Made by a program: the position numbers and the translations under genes. From an uncultured bacterium (GTDB taxonomy: Bacteria; Fermentibacterota; Fermentibacteria; Fermentibacterales; JCC-6): 64,000 bases of DNA. The stretch covers positions 8,386-72,385 of the forward strand of contig CBDUZS010000003.1 of assembly GCA_965371785.1 (NCBI GenBank), read 5' to 3'. The stretch's first letter is position 1. Every line of letters starts with the position of its first letter. Positions 18,039 to 28,447 of this stretch are shown here, piece after piece. The notes beneath the pieces were generated by a model that was not told the origin of the DNA, made no database searches, and saw only the letters and a program-made list of their open reading frames with translations.

Positions 18039-19900
18039 TGTCGCTGCTCGATGGAATATCGTCGCAGAGGGATATCCCGGCTCTCTCCATAGAGGACAGG
18101 ATGCAGCTTGCCGATGAAGTCCGTGAGCGGGTTATCCAGGTTGTCTGCCAGACAGGCGGTCACCTTGCCTCCAGTCTCGGAGTAGTCGAGCTGACCATTG
18201 CTCTGCTCTCGGTGTACAGCCCCCCCCGGGACAGGATCATCTGGGATGTCGGTCACCAGACCTATCCCTGGAAACTCCTCACCGGCAGATCGAGCAGGTT
18301 CCATACCATCAGGCAATCCGGCGGATTGAGCGGCTTTCCCAAGAGGAGCGAGAGCCCCGTTGACTGTTTCGGCACCGGTCACAGTTCGACATCGATATCG
18401 GCCGCTCTAGGGTTTGCCATTGCCAGAGATCTTTCCGGCTCGAACGGGAGAGTGGTGGCAGTGATTGGTGATGGTGCCATGGGCGGGGGAATAGCTCTCG
18501 AGGGCCTTAACAATCTCGGGCATGCCAATACGGATCTCACCGTGATTCTCAACGACAACGAAATGTCCATTTCCAGGAACGTTGGAGCCATGTCAGGGCA
18601 TTTCACGAAGCTGATCACGGATCCCAGATACAACAGACTCAGGAACGAGATCTGGAATGCCCTCGGAAGGATCCCATCACTGGGTGATCGCATGAGGAAG
18701 GCTGCTCACATAGTTTCATCTGCCCTCAAGATGACATTCGTGCCGGATACGCTGTTCGATGGATTCGGTATCAGGTACATCGGGCCAATTCCCGGGCACG
18801 ATCTCCCTTCGTTGACGGGAGTTCTTCAGAGAGTATCCCAGCTTCGAGGACCCGTTCTGGTGCACGTAGTTACAACAAAGGGGAAGGGTTACGAGCCAGC
18901 TGAATGCGATGCAACCAAGTACCACGGAATCTCAGGTGTACGAAAGCTGCCTGCCGAAAGGAAAACGTTTACGGCCAGTTTTTCCGATGCCCTGATGAGG
19001 CTTGCCGGGAAGGACGACAGAATTGTGGCGATAACCGCTGCGATGCCTGACGGTACCGGTCTGACAGATTTTGCAGAGCGGTTTCCGAAGAGGTTCTTCG
19101 ATGTCGGGATAGCAGAGCAACACGCAGTGACATTCGCCTGCGGTCTGGCCTTTGGCGGCCTGAAGCCGGTTGTTGCCATATACAGCACGTTCATGCAGCG
19201 GGCCGTTGATCAGGTAATACACGATGCAGCCCTTCAGAAAGCACCTGTGGTCATCATGATGGACAGGGCGGGGCTGGTTGGCGAGGATGGCCCTACGCAT
19301 CATGGATCGTTCGATATCTCACTCTTCAGACCGATTCCAGGTCTCAGGCTTGCAGCCCCGAGAGACTGCAGAATGCTCGAGAGGCTGCTGGAGAGAGCAA
19401 TCGATTTCAAGGAGTGCCCGACGGCAATACGCTATCCCAGGGGAGAGGAATCTCAAGTAAACACTCCTCCGCCCGATGTGCTCGAGCCTGGTACCGGTCA
19501 GGTCGTTCGAGAGGGAAGGGATGCAGTCATTCTAGCGGCGGGCACGATGATGCACACTGCCCTGGCGGCTGCAGAAGAGCTGAAGAAGAGGGGCATCTCG
19601 GTGATCGTGTACGATCCCATCTGGCTCAAGCCTCTTCCAGAGGAAGAAATCCTCGAACTCGGCAGGCGCACGGGTAAGGTAGTTACACTGGAAGAGGGAA
19701 GCATTGCCGGTGGGTTCGGCGAGGACGTGTGTCGCCTGTTTGCCCGCGAATCGGTGCACGTTCTGACCCTGGGCCTGCAGGATGTCTTTCAGCCTCATGG
19801 GACCAGAGCGGAGCTTCTCAGTGAGATGGGTCTTGACGTAAACGGTGTTGTCGAATCTGTCCTCCGGGAGTTCTGCACGGGTAAGGGAGGTGTATCGTGA
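18038..19900 (+). CDS. dxs: 1-deoxy-D-xylulose-5-phosphate synthase
   Basis: 620 aa. TPP-binding GDG...N motifs, transketolase-like pyrimidine and C-terminal domains. An AGGAGG RBS sits 6 nt upstream of the ATG at 18038. Confidence 0.9.
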   Translation: MSLLDGISSQRDIPALSIEDRMQLADEVRERVIQVVCQTGGHLASSLGVVELTIALLSVYSPPRDRIIWDVGHQTYPWKLLTGRSSRFHTIRQSGGLSGFPKRSESPVDCFGTGHSSTSISAALGFAIARDLSGSNGRVVAVIGDGAMGGGIALEGLNNLGHANTDLTVILNDNEMSISRNVGAMSGHFTKLITDPRYNRLRNEIWNALGRIPSLGDRMRKAAHIVSSALKMTFVPDTLFDGFGIRYIGPIPGHDLPSLTGVLQRVSQLRGPVLVHVVTTKGKGYEPAECDATKYHGISGVRKLPAERKTFTASFSDALMRLAGKDDRIVAITAAMPDGTGLTDFAERFPKRFFDVGIAEQHAVTFACGLAFGGLKPVVAIYSTFMQRAVDQVIHDAALQKAPVVIMMDRAGLVGEDGPTHHGSFDISLFRPIPGLRLAAPRDCRMLERLLERAIDFKECPTAIRYPRGEESQVNTPPPDVLEPGTGQVVREGRDAVILAAGTMMHTALAAAEELKKRGISVIVYDPIWLKPLPEEEILELGRRTGKVVTLEEGSIAGGFGEDVCRLFARESVHVLTLGLQDVFQPHGTRAELLSEMGLDVNGVVESVLREFCTGKGGVS

Positions 19901-20787
19901 CGGATGGTTCCAGTCCTTTGGTCGGCAGGATCTGCGTATACGTCGATCCCCGCTACCCGCCATATGCCGGTCTGATCAGACAGGTCATAGTCTCAGCCGA
20001 TGAAAGTGGGATAGAGCTGTTTGCCGCGCGGTGCTGCATGGAGGCATTGAGCGAATTCGGAATCATGGAAGGCGAGGATTGCCAGGCTGCACTCGTTCTG
20101 GGCGGTGATGGAACGATTCTCCGGGGATTGAAGTACTTCGGGAAGAGCAATGTCCCCGTTCTCGGGATCAACACCGGACACCTCGGCTTTCTTGCCTCCG
20201 CCGACATGAAGAACATCAGGGAAACGCTCGGCTCGCTTTCTTCGGGAAGCTATCGTATCGAGCGCTATCCTCTGCTCAAAGGCGAAACCTCCTCCGGACA
20301 GATTCTCACCGCAACAAACGATTTCTCCATCAACCGCTCCATTCTGGCAGGCATACTGCATTTCGATCTTTTTCTGGACCAGGATCTGGTTGCGTCCATT
20401 GCAGGTGATGGCGTGGTAATATCCACTCCCCTCGGCTCAACAGCATACGGACTGTCGTGCGGGGGACCGATTCTGGATCCCGCCCTGCCCGCGATGCTGG
20501 TGGTTCCGATCTGTGCGCATCAGCTTTCCCTGAGACCGCTTGTGGTTCCCGAATCCATGACCGTGACCGTGACGATCAGCCAGCTGCGCGGCGCGGCGCC
20601 ATTCATCTCCAGTGACGGCAAGCTAGAGGTTTCCCTCAGCGCCGGGGAATTTCTGAAAGTGACGAGGGGCGAAGGGTACAGCAGTATGATTCAAACCAGG
20701 GGACGCGGCAGTCACTACAGTCACCTCGGCCGGAAACTCGGCTGGGGGATTCGGGGGGACAAGAGTGCTGATCAGTCTCAGTCTTAA
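19897..20787 (+). CDS. nadK: NAD+ kinase
   Basis: GGDGTILRG and NxGxLGFL motifs. GTG start overlapping the dxs stop, with an AAGGGAGG RBS. Confidence 0.85.
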   Translation: MTDGSSPLVGRICVYVDPRYPPYAGLIRQVIVSADESGIELFAARCCMEALSEFGIMEGEDCQAALVLGGDGTILRGLKYFGKSNVPVLGINTGHLGFLASADMKNIRETLGSLSSGSYRIERYPLLKGETSSGQILTATNDFSINRSILAGILHFDLFLDQDLVASIAGDGVVISTPLGSTAYGLSCGGPILDPALPAMLVVPICAHQLSLRPLVVPESMTVTVTISQLRGAAPFISSDGKLEVSLSAGEFLKVTRGEGYSSMIQTRGRGSHYSHLGRKLGWGIRGDKSADQSQS

Positions 20788-22396
20788 AAATGTAGCTACT
20801 ATCAGTGACACTATTCTCGAGTTCGGTCCAGGTCTCAACGTTCTCACAGGTGAAACGGGCGCTGGAAAATCGGTGCTGATCGAGGGGCTTCTGCTCGCAC
20901 TGGGCGAGAGAGCTGACAGATCACTCGTAAGACCCGGAAGCAAGCTTGCCGTCATCGAAGCCCTCTTCGGTAATGCCGCGGGTGAAGAGACCATCGTCAG
21001 GAGAGAGGTACATGCAGCAGGCAGGAGCCGCATGTTCCTTAACGATGAACTGGTTACCCTCGATGAAGTAAGAAGAGAAGTGGGAGCGCTCGTAGACCTT
21101 CATACGCAGCAGTCGACTCCATCTCTTCTCCACCGCAGGAAGCAGCAGGAGTACCTGGATGAGTACGCAGGGGCTTCAGGAGTTGTTCTCGCCCTCCGAA
21201 GTAATATCGAGGATCACAGGGAGCTTTCGAGAAAACGTGAGGAACTGTCAAAAGCACTCGAGGATTCTGAGGAAGAGCGCGAATTGCTCGGGCACGAGAA
21301 GGAGCTGATCGAGAGACTCGGTCCTTCGGCCGAAGACTACACCTCACTCCATGCCGAGAGAAAATCAGTGGAGAAGATGGAACTCGAAGTGGAATCGACC
21401 TCCATACTGAGTGAACGGCTCAACAGCGATCACGGAATTTCGAGCGAGCTTTCCAGCCTGCTCTCCGAAGCGGAGAAACTCGGAACGGAAGGCTCCGAAC
21501 TCAGGGATCTCATTTTGCAGGCGGTTATTTCGATTCAGGAGGCTGCCAGTCTATGCTCTGAACGACTTGCCGGGCTCGAGTCGGCTCCGGGGAGGCTGAC
21601 GCAGATCGATTCCCGGCTTGACGATTACGCCAGACTGCTTTCCCGATGTGGAGGAGACATCAGGGATCTGATGGAGAGGAAGACCGCTCTCGACGGAAGG
21701 CTCGGGCAGCTGGATTCTTACGAGAGTGAGCTCGGGGAAATCGAGAGTACCCTTCCGGTTATCGCTGTGAAGATCGTCGAGTTGTCCGACAGGCTGACGG
21801 AAGCCAGAAAAAGAGCTTCAGCAGACCTCCAGGAGAAGTCGACAAGCGAGCTGCGCAGACTGAACATCCCCCATGCCGTATTCAGAATCATCATGGGAGA
21901 ACCTGCAGGAGAGAGAGTATTACTGCTGGACGGGAGGAGAATCTGCCCGGATGGCGCGGAGTTACCCGAGTTCTTTTTCAGTGCGAATCCCGGTGTGCCA
22001 CCTGCTGCCCTTTCATCAGTTGCCAGCGGCGGTGAGATGTCGAGAGTCAGCCTTGCGCTGAGGCTTGCTCTTTCCTCGACAGCCGATTCATCAGTGCTGG
22101 TCTTCGACGAGATCGACAGCGGAATCGGAGGGGAGACCGCCAGGCACCTTGCTGACTCACTCCGACGTGCTTCCGAATCAGGCAGACAGGTAATAGTTGT
22201 TACCCATCTGGCACGGATCGCCTCGCTCGCAACGACGCATCTTGCCGTCAGAAAATCACTGGATGCGGGACTTCCCGTGACCGAAGTAAGTGTGCTTTCC
22301 GGCAGCGGCAGGGTCGAGGAACTGACCAGAATACTGGGAGGCGGAGACGCGGCAAGAGAGCATGCTCTATCCCTGCTCTCCCAGGAGGATGGTTGA
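20765..22396 (+). CDS. recN: DNA repair protein RecN
   Basis: N-terminal Walker A (GETGAGKS), long coiled-coil middle, and C-terminal ABC signature and Walker B (LVFDEIDSGIGG). nadK-recN synteny. Confidence 0.9.
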   Translation: MLISLSLKNVATISDTILEFGPGLNVLTGETGAGKSVLIEGLLLALGERADRSLVRPGSKLAVIEALFGNAAGEETIVRREVHAAGRSRMFLNDELVTLDEVRREVGALVDLHTQQSTPSLLHRRKQQEYLDEYAGASGVVLALRSNIEDHRELSRKREELSKALEDSEEERELLGHEKELIERLGPSAEDYTSLHAERKSVEKMELEVESTSILSERLNSDHGISSELSSLLSEAEKLGTEGSELRDLILQAVISIQEAASLCSERLAGLESAPGRLTQIDSRLDDYARLLSRCGGDIRDLMERKTALDGRLGQLDSYESELGEIESTLPVIAVKIVELSDRLTEARKRASADLQEKSTSELRRLNIPHAVFRIIMGEPAGERVLLLDGRRICPDGAELPEFFFSANPGVPPAALSSVASGGEMSRVSLALRLALSSTADSSVLVFDEIDSGIGGETARHLADSLRRASESGRQVIVVTHLARIASLATTHLAVRKSLDAGLPVTEVSVLSGSGRVEELTRILGGGDAAREHALSLLSQEDG

Positions 22397-22983
22397 TGCA
22401 CATCAAGGGCAGGTTTCTCACCTGTGCAAACATGATCAGCATTGCAAGGATACCGCTTTCAGGTCTGGCTTGCCTGTTCATTGCCTCGGGCAACACATTG
22501 GCCGCGGGTCTCTGCATGTTCGTCGCAATTGCTTCGGATTCGCTCGACGGGATGATCGCAAGATTGACCGGAACCGAAAGCGATTGGGGGAGGATTCTCG
22601 ATCCCCTTGCCGACAAGATCGGGATTGGCGCGTTTCTCATCACTCTTCTCGTAATCGGGAGAATCCCACTGTGGTTTGCAGGAGGTATCATTCTCAGGGA
22701 CATTCTCATAGGCTCTTTCGGGCTGTACCTTGCCGGAAGATTTTCCTCTCCGCCGGCTTCCAGCATCTGGGGTAAGCTCTCCACCATGCTGGTTTCCATT
22801 TTTCTAGTCAGGCAGGCTCTATGGCCATCACTTCAGCTGTCAGGGGAGCTTCTTCCCGGAGCAGACGTCCTCGGAATCCTGGCCTTCTGCATGGCGATCA
22901 TCAGCCTGGTTTCGTATGCTTCTGACGCCGTCAGTGAACTGAGAAAAGATCCGAACAGCGAGGAGTACACATCTTGCATCTGA
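22396..22983 (+). CDS. CDP-alcohol phosphatidyltransferase (PgsA-like)
   Basis: Family motif D-G-x2-A-R-x8-G-x3-D-x3-D (DSLDGMIARLTG...GRILDPLADKIGI). Multi-TM. An AGGAGG RBS precedes the ATG. Confidence 0.75.
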   Translation: MHIKGRFLTCANMISIARIPLSGLACLFIASGNTLAAGLCMFVAIASDSLDGMIARLTGTESDWGRILDPLADKIGIGAFLITLLVIGRIPLWFAGGIILRDILIGSFGLYLAGRFSSPPASSIWGKLSTMLVSIFLVRQALWPSLQLSGELLPGADVLGILAFCMAIISLVSYASDAVSELRKDPNSEEYTSCI

Positions 22984-25900
22984 AACGACTCGAGATCGTC
23001 GGATTCAAATCCTTTGCTGACGCATTCGAACTGCAGTTCCAGAAGGGAATCTCCGCGATCGTCGGTCCGAACGGCTGCGGCAAGAGCAACATCGCCGATT
23101 CCATCAGATGGGTACTCGGCTCACAGAGCCCCAGGCAGCTTCGCGCCGACAGGATGGAAGATGTAATCTTCTCCGGGAGTGAGAGCCGCAAGCCTCTGGG
23201 TATGGCTGAAGTCGTGTTGACGTTTGACAACACCGAAAGGCATCTCGCGCTGGACTTCGACGAGGTTTCCGTGACCAGAAGGATATTCCGTTCGGGAGAC
23301 AGCGATTACAGGATAAATGGCAACAAGTGCCGTCTCATGGATGTCACGTATCTGTTTGCGGACAGGGGGCTCGGAAGCAGCGGCTACTGGATTCTCGAGG
23401 CGAAGATGATAGAGACGATTCTCTCCAGCAGACCCGAGGACAGGAGATTCCTCTTCGATGAGGCTGCAGGGATTGTCAAGTACAAGATCCAGAGGCACAG
23501 AGCCGAACTCAAACTCGATGCCACCAGCGCCGATCTCGAAAGACTCTATGACATCATCTCAGAGGTTGACAGGACCGTTGCGGCACTCAGGAAGCAGGTC
23601 TCGACGTTCCGACGCTTCGAGAAGGCGGAAACTCGAATAGGGGAACTCGAGGGCCTCAATACTCACCGGGAGCTGAAGACGGCATCGGCCCGTTCAGAAG
23701 AGCTGGCATCACTCGAGAAGGAGTACTCGGAGCTCGAGGAAGGGCTGTCCGCAGCCGTGTCCGCATCTGGAGCGAGACTGGCCGAATCACGGCTCGAGCT
23801 CGAGAATGCTCAGGTCAGGCTGGATGAAGCACACAGGAAATGCTCGGATACCGATGCTCGAATTGCCGAGCTCGATCGTGAGCATGCGGTCACAACGGAA
23901 CGAAGTAACGGAACTCTCGGAATGATCGAGGACACTCGAAGAAGAAGCGAGAGCCGGAAGAAAAGAGCGGAAGAACTCGAAACGCTATCGGTTGAAAAGA
24001 GATATGAGACTTCGGAGCTCGAGAAGGAGCTTGCCTCCATTGCGAAGGTCCGAAAGAAAGCGGGAAACGATGCTACGGCTGCCAGAAGAGAATACGAAAT
24101 CTCTGTAGACAGGCTCGATGAACAGAGGGATAAGAGAAGAACGCTTGAAAACTGCCTGGAAGAGCAGAGAAACGATTTCAATAGAAGTCTCCAGAAAAGG
24201 GAACGTCTTGGGCAGGAACTCGAGCACCTGATTTTCAGCAGAGAGCGCCTTGAGACTCGCAAGAATTCTCTCGAGGAAGAGCTCACCAGAATCTCCGACG
24301 AGAATGGAAGGCTGGCGGGAGAGAAGGAATCACTTACCGGGACGCTGTCTTCCGAGGAGAGCAGGCTCTCATCCGTTTCGGATGCTCTCGAAAAGAGCAG
24401 AGAGGCCCGTCATGGCCTGGAGCTCGATGCGGAAGCGCTCCGGACCAGAATTGAAGGGCTGCTCTCAGCAACTGCAGAAGCCCGCAGTTCAGAGAATGAA
24501 GCATCTACGAAACTCCGGGTCCGGAAGGGCATGGAGAAGGCAGTCGGAGCCTATCTGGACGGTTTCCAGGATGCTGTGCTGGTTTCGGATATCGGTGAAG
24601 TACCCGGCGGAGCCGGCGAACGCTACCTGCTCACTGGCAGATCCCGCCTGGAAGACCGTGTGCCCGATGGAGCGATCAGGCTGACGGATTGTCTCGAGAA
24701 CGATGAACCGGAGATTCGCAATTCACTCTCTGCTGCGATTCTGGCTCCCGATCGGAAGACAGCGATCGGGTGGTTTCTCGAGCAGAGCCCCTTTGATATC
24801 GTTACATCCGAAGGTGATCTTTTCCGTAGCGACGGTCTGGTCAGACTGGGAGTCCCGGTATCATCACAGGGCTCCATCGACAGAAGGGCTCTTGCATCCG
24901 ATGCCTCCGGGCAGCTCGCAGAAAGGGAGCGGGAGATTGAGAAGGCGGGAGTCAGTCTGTCTTCACTGGGTGGAGAGCGGGATTCCGTACTTGAATCTCT
25001 GGCCGGGCTCCGGCAGCTGGAGCGGGATCTGGAAAGGGATACCGCAGCCGTGAGTGCGAGGTTGTCGGTCACCCGAGACCAGCTTGCGCTCTGCACCGAT
25101 GAACTCGACCTGCTGAAGAAGAAGATACCATCACTGGAGAAAACGGTCAGCGAGGTTTCCGGTGAATCTCTCGGGCGGCAGATCGCGGAGACGATCGTGG
25201 AACTTGATGAGCGTACAGGTCTGCTTGCTGAGATCGAGACGGTTACTGCCTCGCTTGCCAGTGCCATGAACGATGTGGTCCAGAAAGAGAGTGAGATATC
25301 GTACCGTGCTCTAAATGCGGAAGACAGGCTGGAACATGCCCGGAATGAGATGGAGAGGCTTTGCGCAGAAGCCAGGGAAGCCCTGGAAACGGTCACGGAG
25401 CTGGATTGCAGGATTGCAGAATTGTCTGCCCTCGCAATCGACCTTGCAAAGAGAATAGAAGGATTCGCTTCCCTTCGGACGGGCTTACAGGAAGAGCGGA
25501 AAAAGGCTGAAGAGGAGAGAACCGGAGCCAGCATCAGACGAGCCAGTGTTCTGGACGGTACCGGTGAACTCGATACGGCCCTCCAGAAACAGAGAGAAGA
25601 ACTCTCGCTTCTCAGAGAGAAACGGGCCATCAACAGCAACGAGCTTTCTTCCGTCAACGATGTGATCGTCCGGCTCGAAAGCATGGAAATGCAGCTCCCC
25701 GACGATTCCAGCAGGTACTGGGACTGGGACGAGGAGAAAATAGCCTCCGAGCTCATCAGACAGAGAAACTTCAGGGAGAACATAGGGCCAGTCAATATGT
25801 TGGCTGTCACCGAGTACGAAGAGAGTCGGGGGAGACTCACATATCTCACCGAGCAGAAGAGCGATCTCGAGGAGGCAAGGGAGTCCCTCCGGACTGCAAT

Positions 25901-26402
25901 AGACGAGATCAACCTCACCGCGGCAAGAAAATTCTCCGAGACTTTCGTGGAAGTCAGGAGGAATTTCCAGGATCTCTTCGTATCGCTCTTCGGAGGAGGT
26001 GAAGCCGATCTTATATCACTCGAGGGAGATGATCCACTCGAGGGAGGAGTACAGATCCTTGCCCGCCCACAGGGGAAGAAGATGGAGAACGTGTCGGCAC
26101 TGTCCGGCGGGGAGAGAGCCCTGACCGCAGTCGCGCTGCTATTTGCTCTCTACCTGGTGAAACCCTCTCCGTTCTGTATTCTGGATGAGCTGGATGCTCC
26201 ACTCGATGATTCCAACATCGACCGTTTCATCGACCTTCTTCGTGGTTTTTCCGACCGCACTCAGTTCGTGATAATCACCCACAACAAGAGAACGATGGAG
26301 GCAGCTGACAGGCTTTTCGGCATAACCATGGTCGAGGACGGAGTCTCCGTTCTCACCACCGTAAGCCTTGAGGATGCGGTAACGGGGTTAGAAGAGCAAT
26401 GA
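22974..26402 (+). CDS. smc: chromosome segregation protein SMC
   Basis: 1142 aa. N-terminal Walker A (GPNGCGKSN), long coiled coils with a hinge, and C-terminal signature LSGGE and Walker B ILDELDAPLDD. smc-ftsY synteny. Confidence 0.9.
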   Translation: MHLKRLEIVGFKSFADAFELQFQKGISAIVGPNGCGKSNIADSIRWVLGSQSPRQLRADRMEDVIFSGSESRKPLGMAEVVLTFDNTERHLALDFDEVSVTRRIFRSGDSDYRINGNKCRLMDVTYLFADRGLGSSGYWILEAKMIETILSSRPEDRRFLFDEAAGIVKYKIQRHRAELKLDATSADLERLYDIISEVDRTVAALRKQVSTFRRFEKAETRIGELEGLNTHRELKTASARSEELASLEKEYSELEEGLSAAVSASGARLAESRLELENAQVRLDEAHRKCSDTDARIAELDREHAVTTERSNGTLGMIEDTRRRSESRKKRAEELETLSVEKRYETSELEKELASIAKVRKKAGNDATAARREYEISVDRLDEQRDKRRTLENCLEEQRNDFNRSLQKRERLGQELEHLIFSRERLETRKNSLEEELTRISDENGRLAGEKESLTGTLSSEESRLSSVSDALEKSREARHGLELDAEALRTRIEGLLSATAEARSSENEASTKLRVRKGMEKAVGAYLDGFQDAVLVSDIGEVPGGAGERYLLTGRSRLEDRVPDGAIRLTDCLENDEPEIRNSLSAAILAPDRKTAIGWFLEQSPFDIVTSEGDLFRSDGLVRLGVPVSSQGSIDRRALASDASGQLAEREREIEKAGVSLSSLGGERDSVLESLAGLRQLERDLERDTAAVSARLSVTRDQLALCTDELDLLKKKIPSLEKTVSEVSGESLGRQIAETIVELDERTGLLAEIETVTASLASAMNDVVQKESEISYRALNAEDRLEHARNEMERLCAEAREALETVTELDCRIAELSALAIDLAKRIEGFASLRTGLQEERKKAEEERTGASIRRASVLDGTGELDTALQKQREELSLLREKRAINSNELSSVNDVIVRLESMEMQLPDDSSRYWDWDEEKIASELIRQRNFRENIGPVNMLAVTEYEESRGRLTYLTEQKSDLEEARESLRTAIDEINLTAARKFSETFVEVRRNFQDLFVSLFGGGEADLISLEGDDPLEGGVQILARPQGKKMENVSALSGGERALTAVALLFALYLVKPSPFCILDELDAPLDDSNIDRFIDLLRGFSDRTQFVIITHNKRTMEAADRLFGITMVEDGVSVLTTVSLEDAVTGLEEQ

Positions 26403-27313
26403 GCCTTCGAGAGAAGCTGTCCAGAAGTCGAGAGACACTTGCCGTCAAGCTGGGTAAACTTTTCAGCGGAAGAGCGCTAGACGAGGATGTGCTCCGCAGG
26501 ATCGAAGAGGTCCTGCTTGGCTCGGACCTTGGATGGGAACTGACGGAACGGGTAATCGACAAGCTTCCCTCCAGTCTCAGGAAGGCTGAAGGCGACTGGA
26601 GAAAAGCTCTTGCCGGTCTGCTGCTGGAATGTTTTCCCATTCCCGATCGGGACAGGGAAGACAATGTAACTCCCAGAATTGTCGTCGTGGTCGGCGTGAA
26701 CGGTTCAGGAAAGACGACCAGCATCGCCAGGCTTGCTTCGAGAAGCATTGAAAAGGGGGAGAAGGTTCTCCTCGCATGTGCGGATACGTTCAGACCTGCT
26801 GCCGCCGAGCAGCTTGCCCACTGGGGGGAAAGACTCGGTATCCCCGTACTGACACAGCTTCCCGGTTCCGACCCCGGGGCGGTTGCCTTCGATGCAGTGA
26901 AGAGGGGGCTCAGCAGGGGTTACGATGCGGTGTTCGTCGATACGGCAGGCCGCCTGCCGAACAGGACGGGGTTGATGGACGAACTGTCGAAGATCCACAG
27001 AGTCATCGGAAAGGCTATGCCCGGTGCGCCACACAGTGTGCTGCTCGTTCTGGATGCTACCGTGGGACAGAACGCAATTTCCCAGGCCGAACAGTTTTCT
27101 TCTGCCATACCTGTAACGGGTCTTATTATCACCAAACTGGACGGAACGGCAAGGGGAGGGTCCGTAATGGCCATGGCACACAGCCTTGGTATTCCCGTAG
27201 AGTACATAGGAACCGGGGAATCACGGAAGGACCTGGAGCCCTTCGATCAGAAAACCTTCGTAGATGCCCTCCTCGATACGGAAACTCAGGATCTGGATGC
27301 TGACCCTCAGTAA
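26399..27313 (+). CDS. ftsY: signal recognition particle receptor FtsY
   Basis: NG domain with GVNGSGKTT, DTAGR and TKLDG motifs. Overlaps the smc stop (ATGA). Confidence 0.9.
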   Translation: MSLREKLSRSRETLAVKLGKLFSGRALDEDVLRRIEEVLLGSDLGWELTERVIDKLPSSLRKAEGDWRKALAGLLLECFPIPDRDREDNVTPRIVVVVGVNGSGKTTSIARLASRSIEKGEKVLLACADTFRPAAAEQLAHWGERLGIPVLTQLPGSDPGAVAFDAVKRGLSRGYDAVFVDTAGRLPNRTGLMDELSKIHRVIGKAMPGAPHSVLLVLDATVGQNAISQAEQFSSAIPVTGLIITKLDGTARGGSVMAMAHSLGIPVEYIGTGESRKDLEPFDQKTFVDALLDTETQDLDADPQ

Positions 27314-28046
27314 AGTATGTAAATCCTATTCGGATACACCCGCAGTCAGGGATCTGGATCTCAGCATAAGGCCGGGAGAGATCTACGGGCTTCTCGGACC
27401 GAACGGCGCGGGGAAGACCACCACTCTGAAAATGATTTCCGGGCTGGTCATTCCCGATTCGGGGAAGATTCTACTCGACGGAGAGCCGGTCTCGAACTGC
27501 AGGCATCGAATGGCATACGTTCCAGACGAACCGACCATCTACGACAAGCTCACCGGGCGGGAATTCCTTCGGTTCATAGGCAGGCTCCGCCGGATCGAAT
27601 CACCAGTTATCGAGAGACGGATAACGTACCATTCGGAGCTCTTCGAGATGGACGACTGGCTTGATAACAGGGCTGAATCCTATTCCCACGGAATGATCCA
27701 GAGAGTCGTTCTCTCCTCAGCATTCATGGCCATGCCCGATCTGTACATCGTTGATGAACCCATCGTCGGTCTCGATCCGGCAACCGCAGAAACATTCCAT
27801 CTGATGGCATCTGCTGCAGCCGAGGCAGAAGCAGCCGTCCTTATTTCTACGCACACACTTCCGGTGGCAGAGAAACTCTGTGACAGGCTTGGTATAATCC
27901 ACAAAGGGGAACTGGTTGCCGAGCTGAACAGGAACCAGTTCGAAGAACTTGAGTTGCAGGACCTTTTCTTCGATATTACCGGTACCGGTCCCGCACAGGT
28001 AAAGAGTTACTTCAACCGAGAGGAGGACAGGCTGTGCAAATCCTGA
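27297..28046 (+). CDS. ABC transporter ATP-binding protein (ABC-2 exporter type, no adjacent permease)
   Basis: Walker A GPNGAGKTT, signature YSHGMIQR and Walker B LYIVDEP. Start is placed at the internal ATG at 27297; the alternative at 27264 overlaps ftsY. Confidence 0.75.
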   Translation: MLTLSKVCKSYSDTPAVRDLDLSIRPGEIYGLLGPNGAGKTTTLKMISGLVIPDSGKILLDGEPVSNCRHRMAYVPDEPTIYDKLTGREFLRFIGRLRRIESPVIERRITYHSELFEMDDWLDNRAESYSHGMIQRVVLSSAFMAMPDLYIVDEPIVGLDPATAETFHLMASAAAEAEAAVLISTHTLPVAEKLCDRLGIIHKGELVAELNRNQFEELELQDLFFDITGTGPAQVKSYFNREEDRLCKS

Positions 28047-28447
28047 TCGCCTTGATGACAGCCCTTTTCATTGGCCAGGGAGAACACTCTCCCCAGGAGA
28101 TGGGTGGCCCCTCAGAGATCCACAATCTGACGGCAACGGATCCATCTGCAGTGATAGAAGCAGTGGTGGGCGGTTCCTTCGAGATAGTCCTCAAAGCCAA
28201 CCCCTCCACAGGCTACCAGTGGAAGCTAGTTTCCATGCCGTCTGACCAACTGCTGCAGGACGGGTCTCAGGAGTACGTGAGAGCGCAGGACATAGGTGAT
28301 ATTGTCGGTATCGGAGGTCACGAGATATGGCGATTCTCGGTGATCGGACCCGGTTCGGCACTGGTTGTCTTCGGTTACTTTCCTCCAGGTGCCTACGGTG
28401 AAGGAGTGCCGGAGGAGACTTTGTCGTTCTCGATCTCGATCATCTGA
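28034..28447 (+). CDS. chagasin-family (I42) cysteine-protease inhibitor, secreted
   Basis: 137 aa with a signal peptide. Contains the family-defining NPSTGYQW motif (consensus NPTTGYxW) and the following beta-strand-rich Ig-like region. Overlaps the 3' end of the ABC ATPase gene. Confidence 0.65.
   Translation: MQILIALMTALFIGQGEHSPQEMGGPSEIHNLTATDPSAVIEAVVGGSFEIVLKANPSTGYQWKLVSMPSDQLLQDGSQEYVRAQDIGDIVGIGGHEIWRFSVIGPGSALVVFGYFPPGAYGEGVPEETLSFSISII

Noticed and set aside
18230-18237. C8 homopolymer inside dxs, considered as a possible frameshift or phase-variation site.
   Set aside because: The reading frame is intact through it (YSPPRD) and the flanking Dxs sequence is conserved on both sides.
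24623-25918. 431-aa Ser-rich minus-strand ORF inside smc.
   Set aside because: Antisense of the SMC coiled-coil region. Glu/Leu/Arg codons read in reverse give a Ser/Leu-rich low-complexity artefact.
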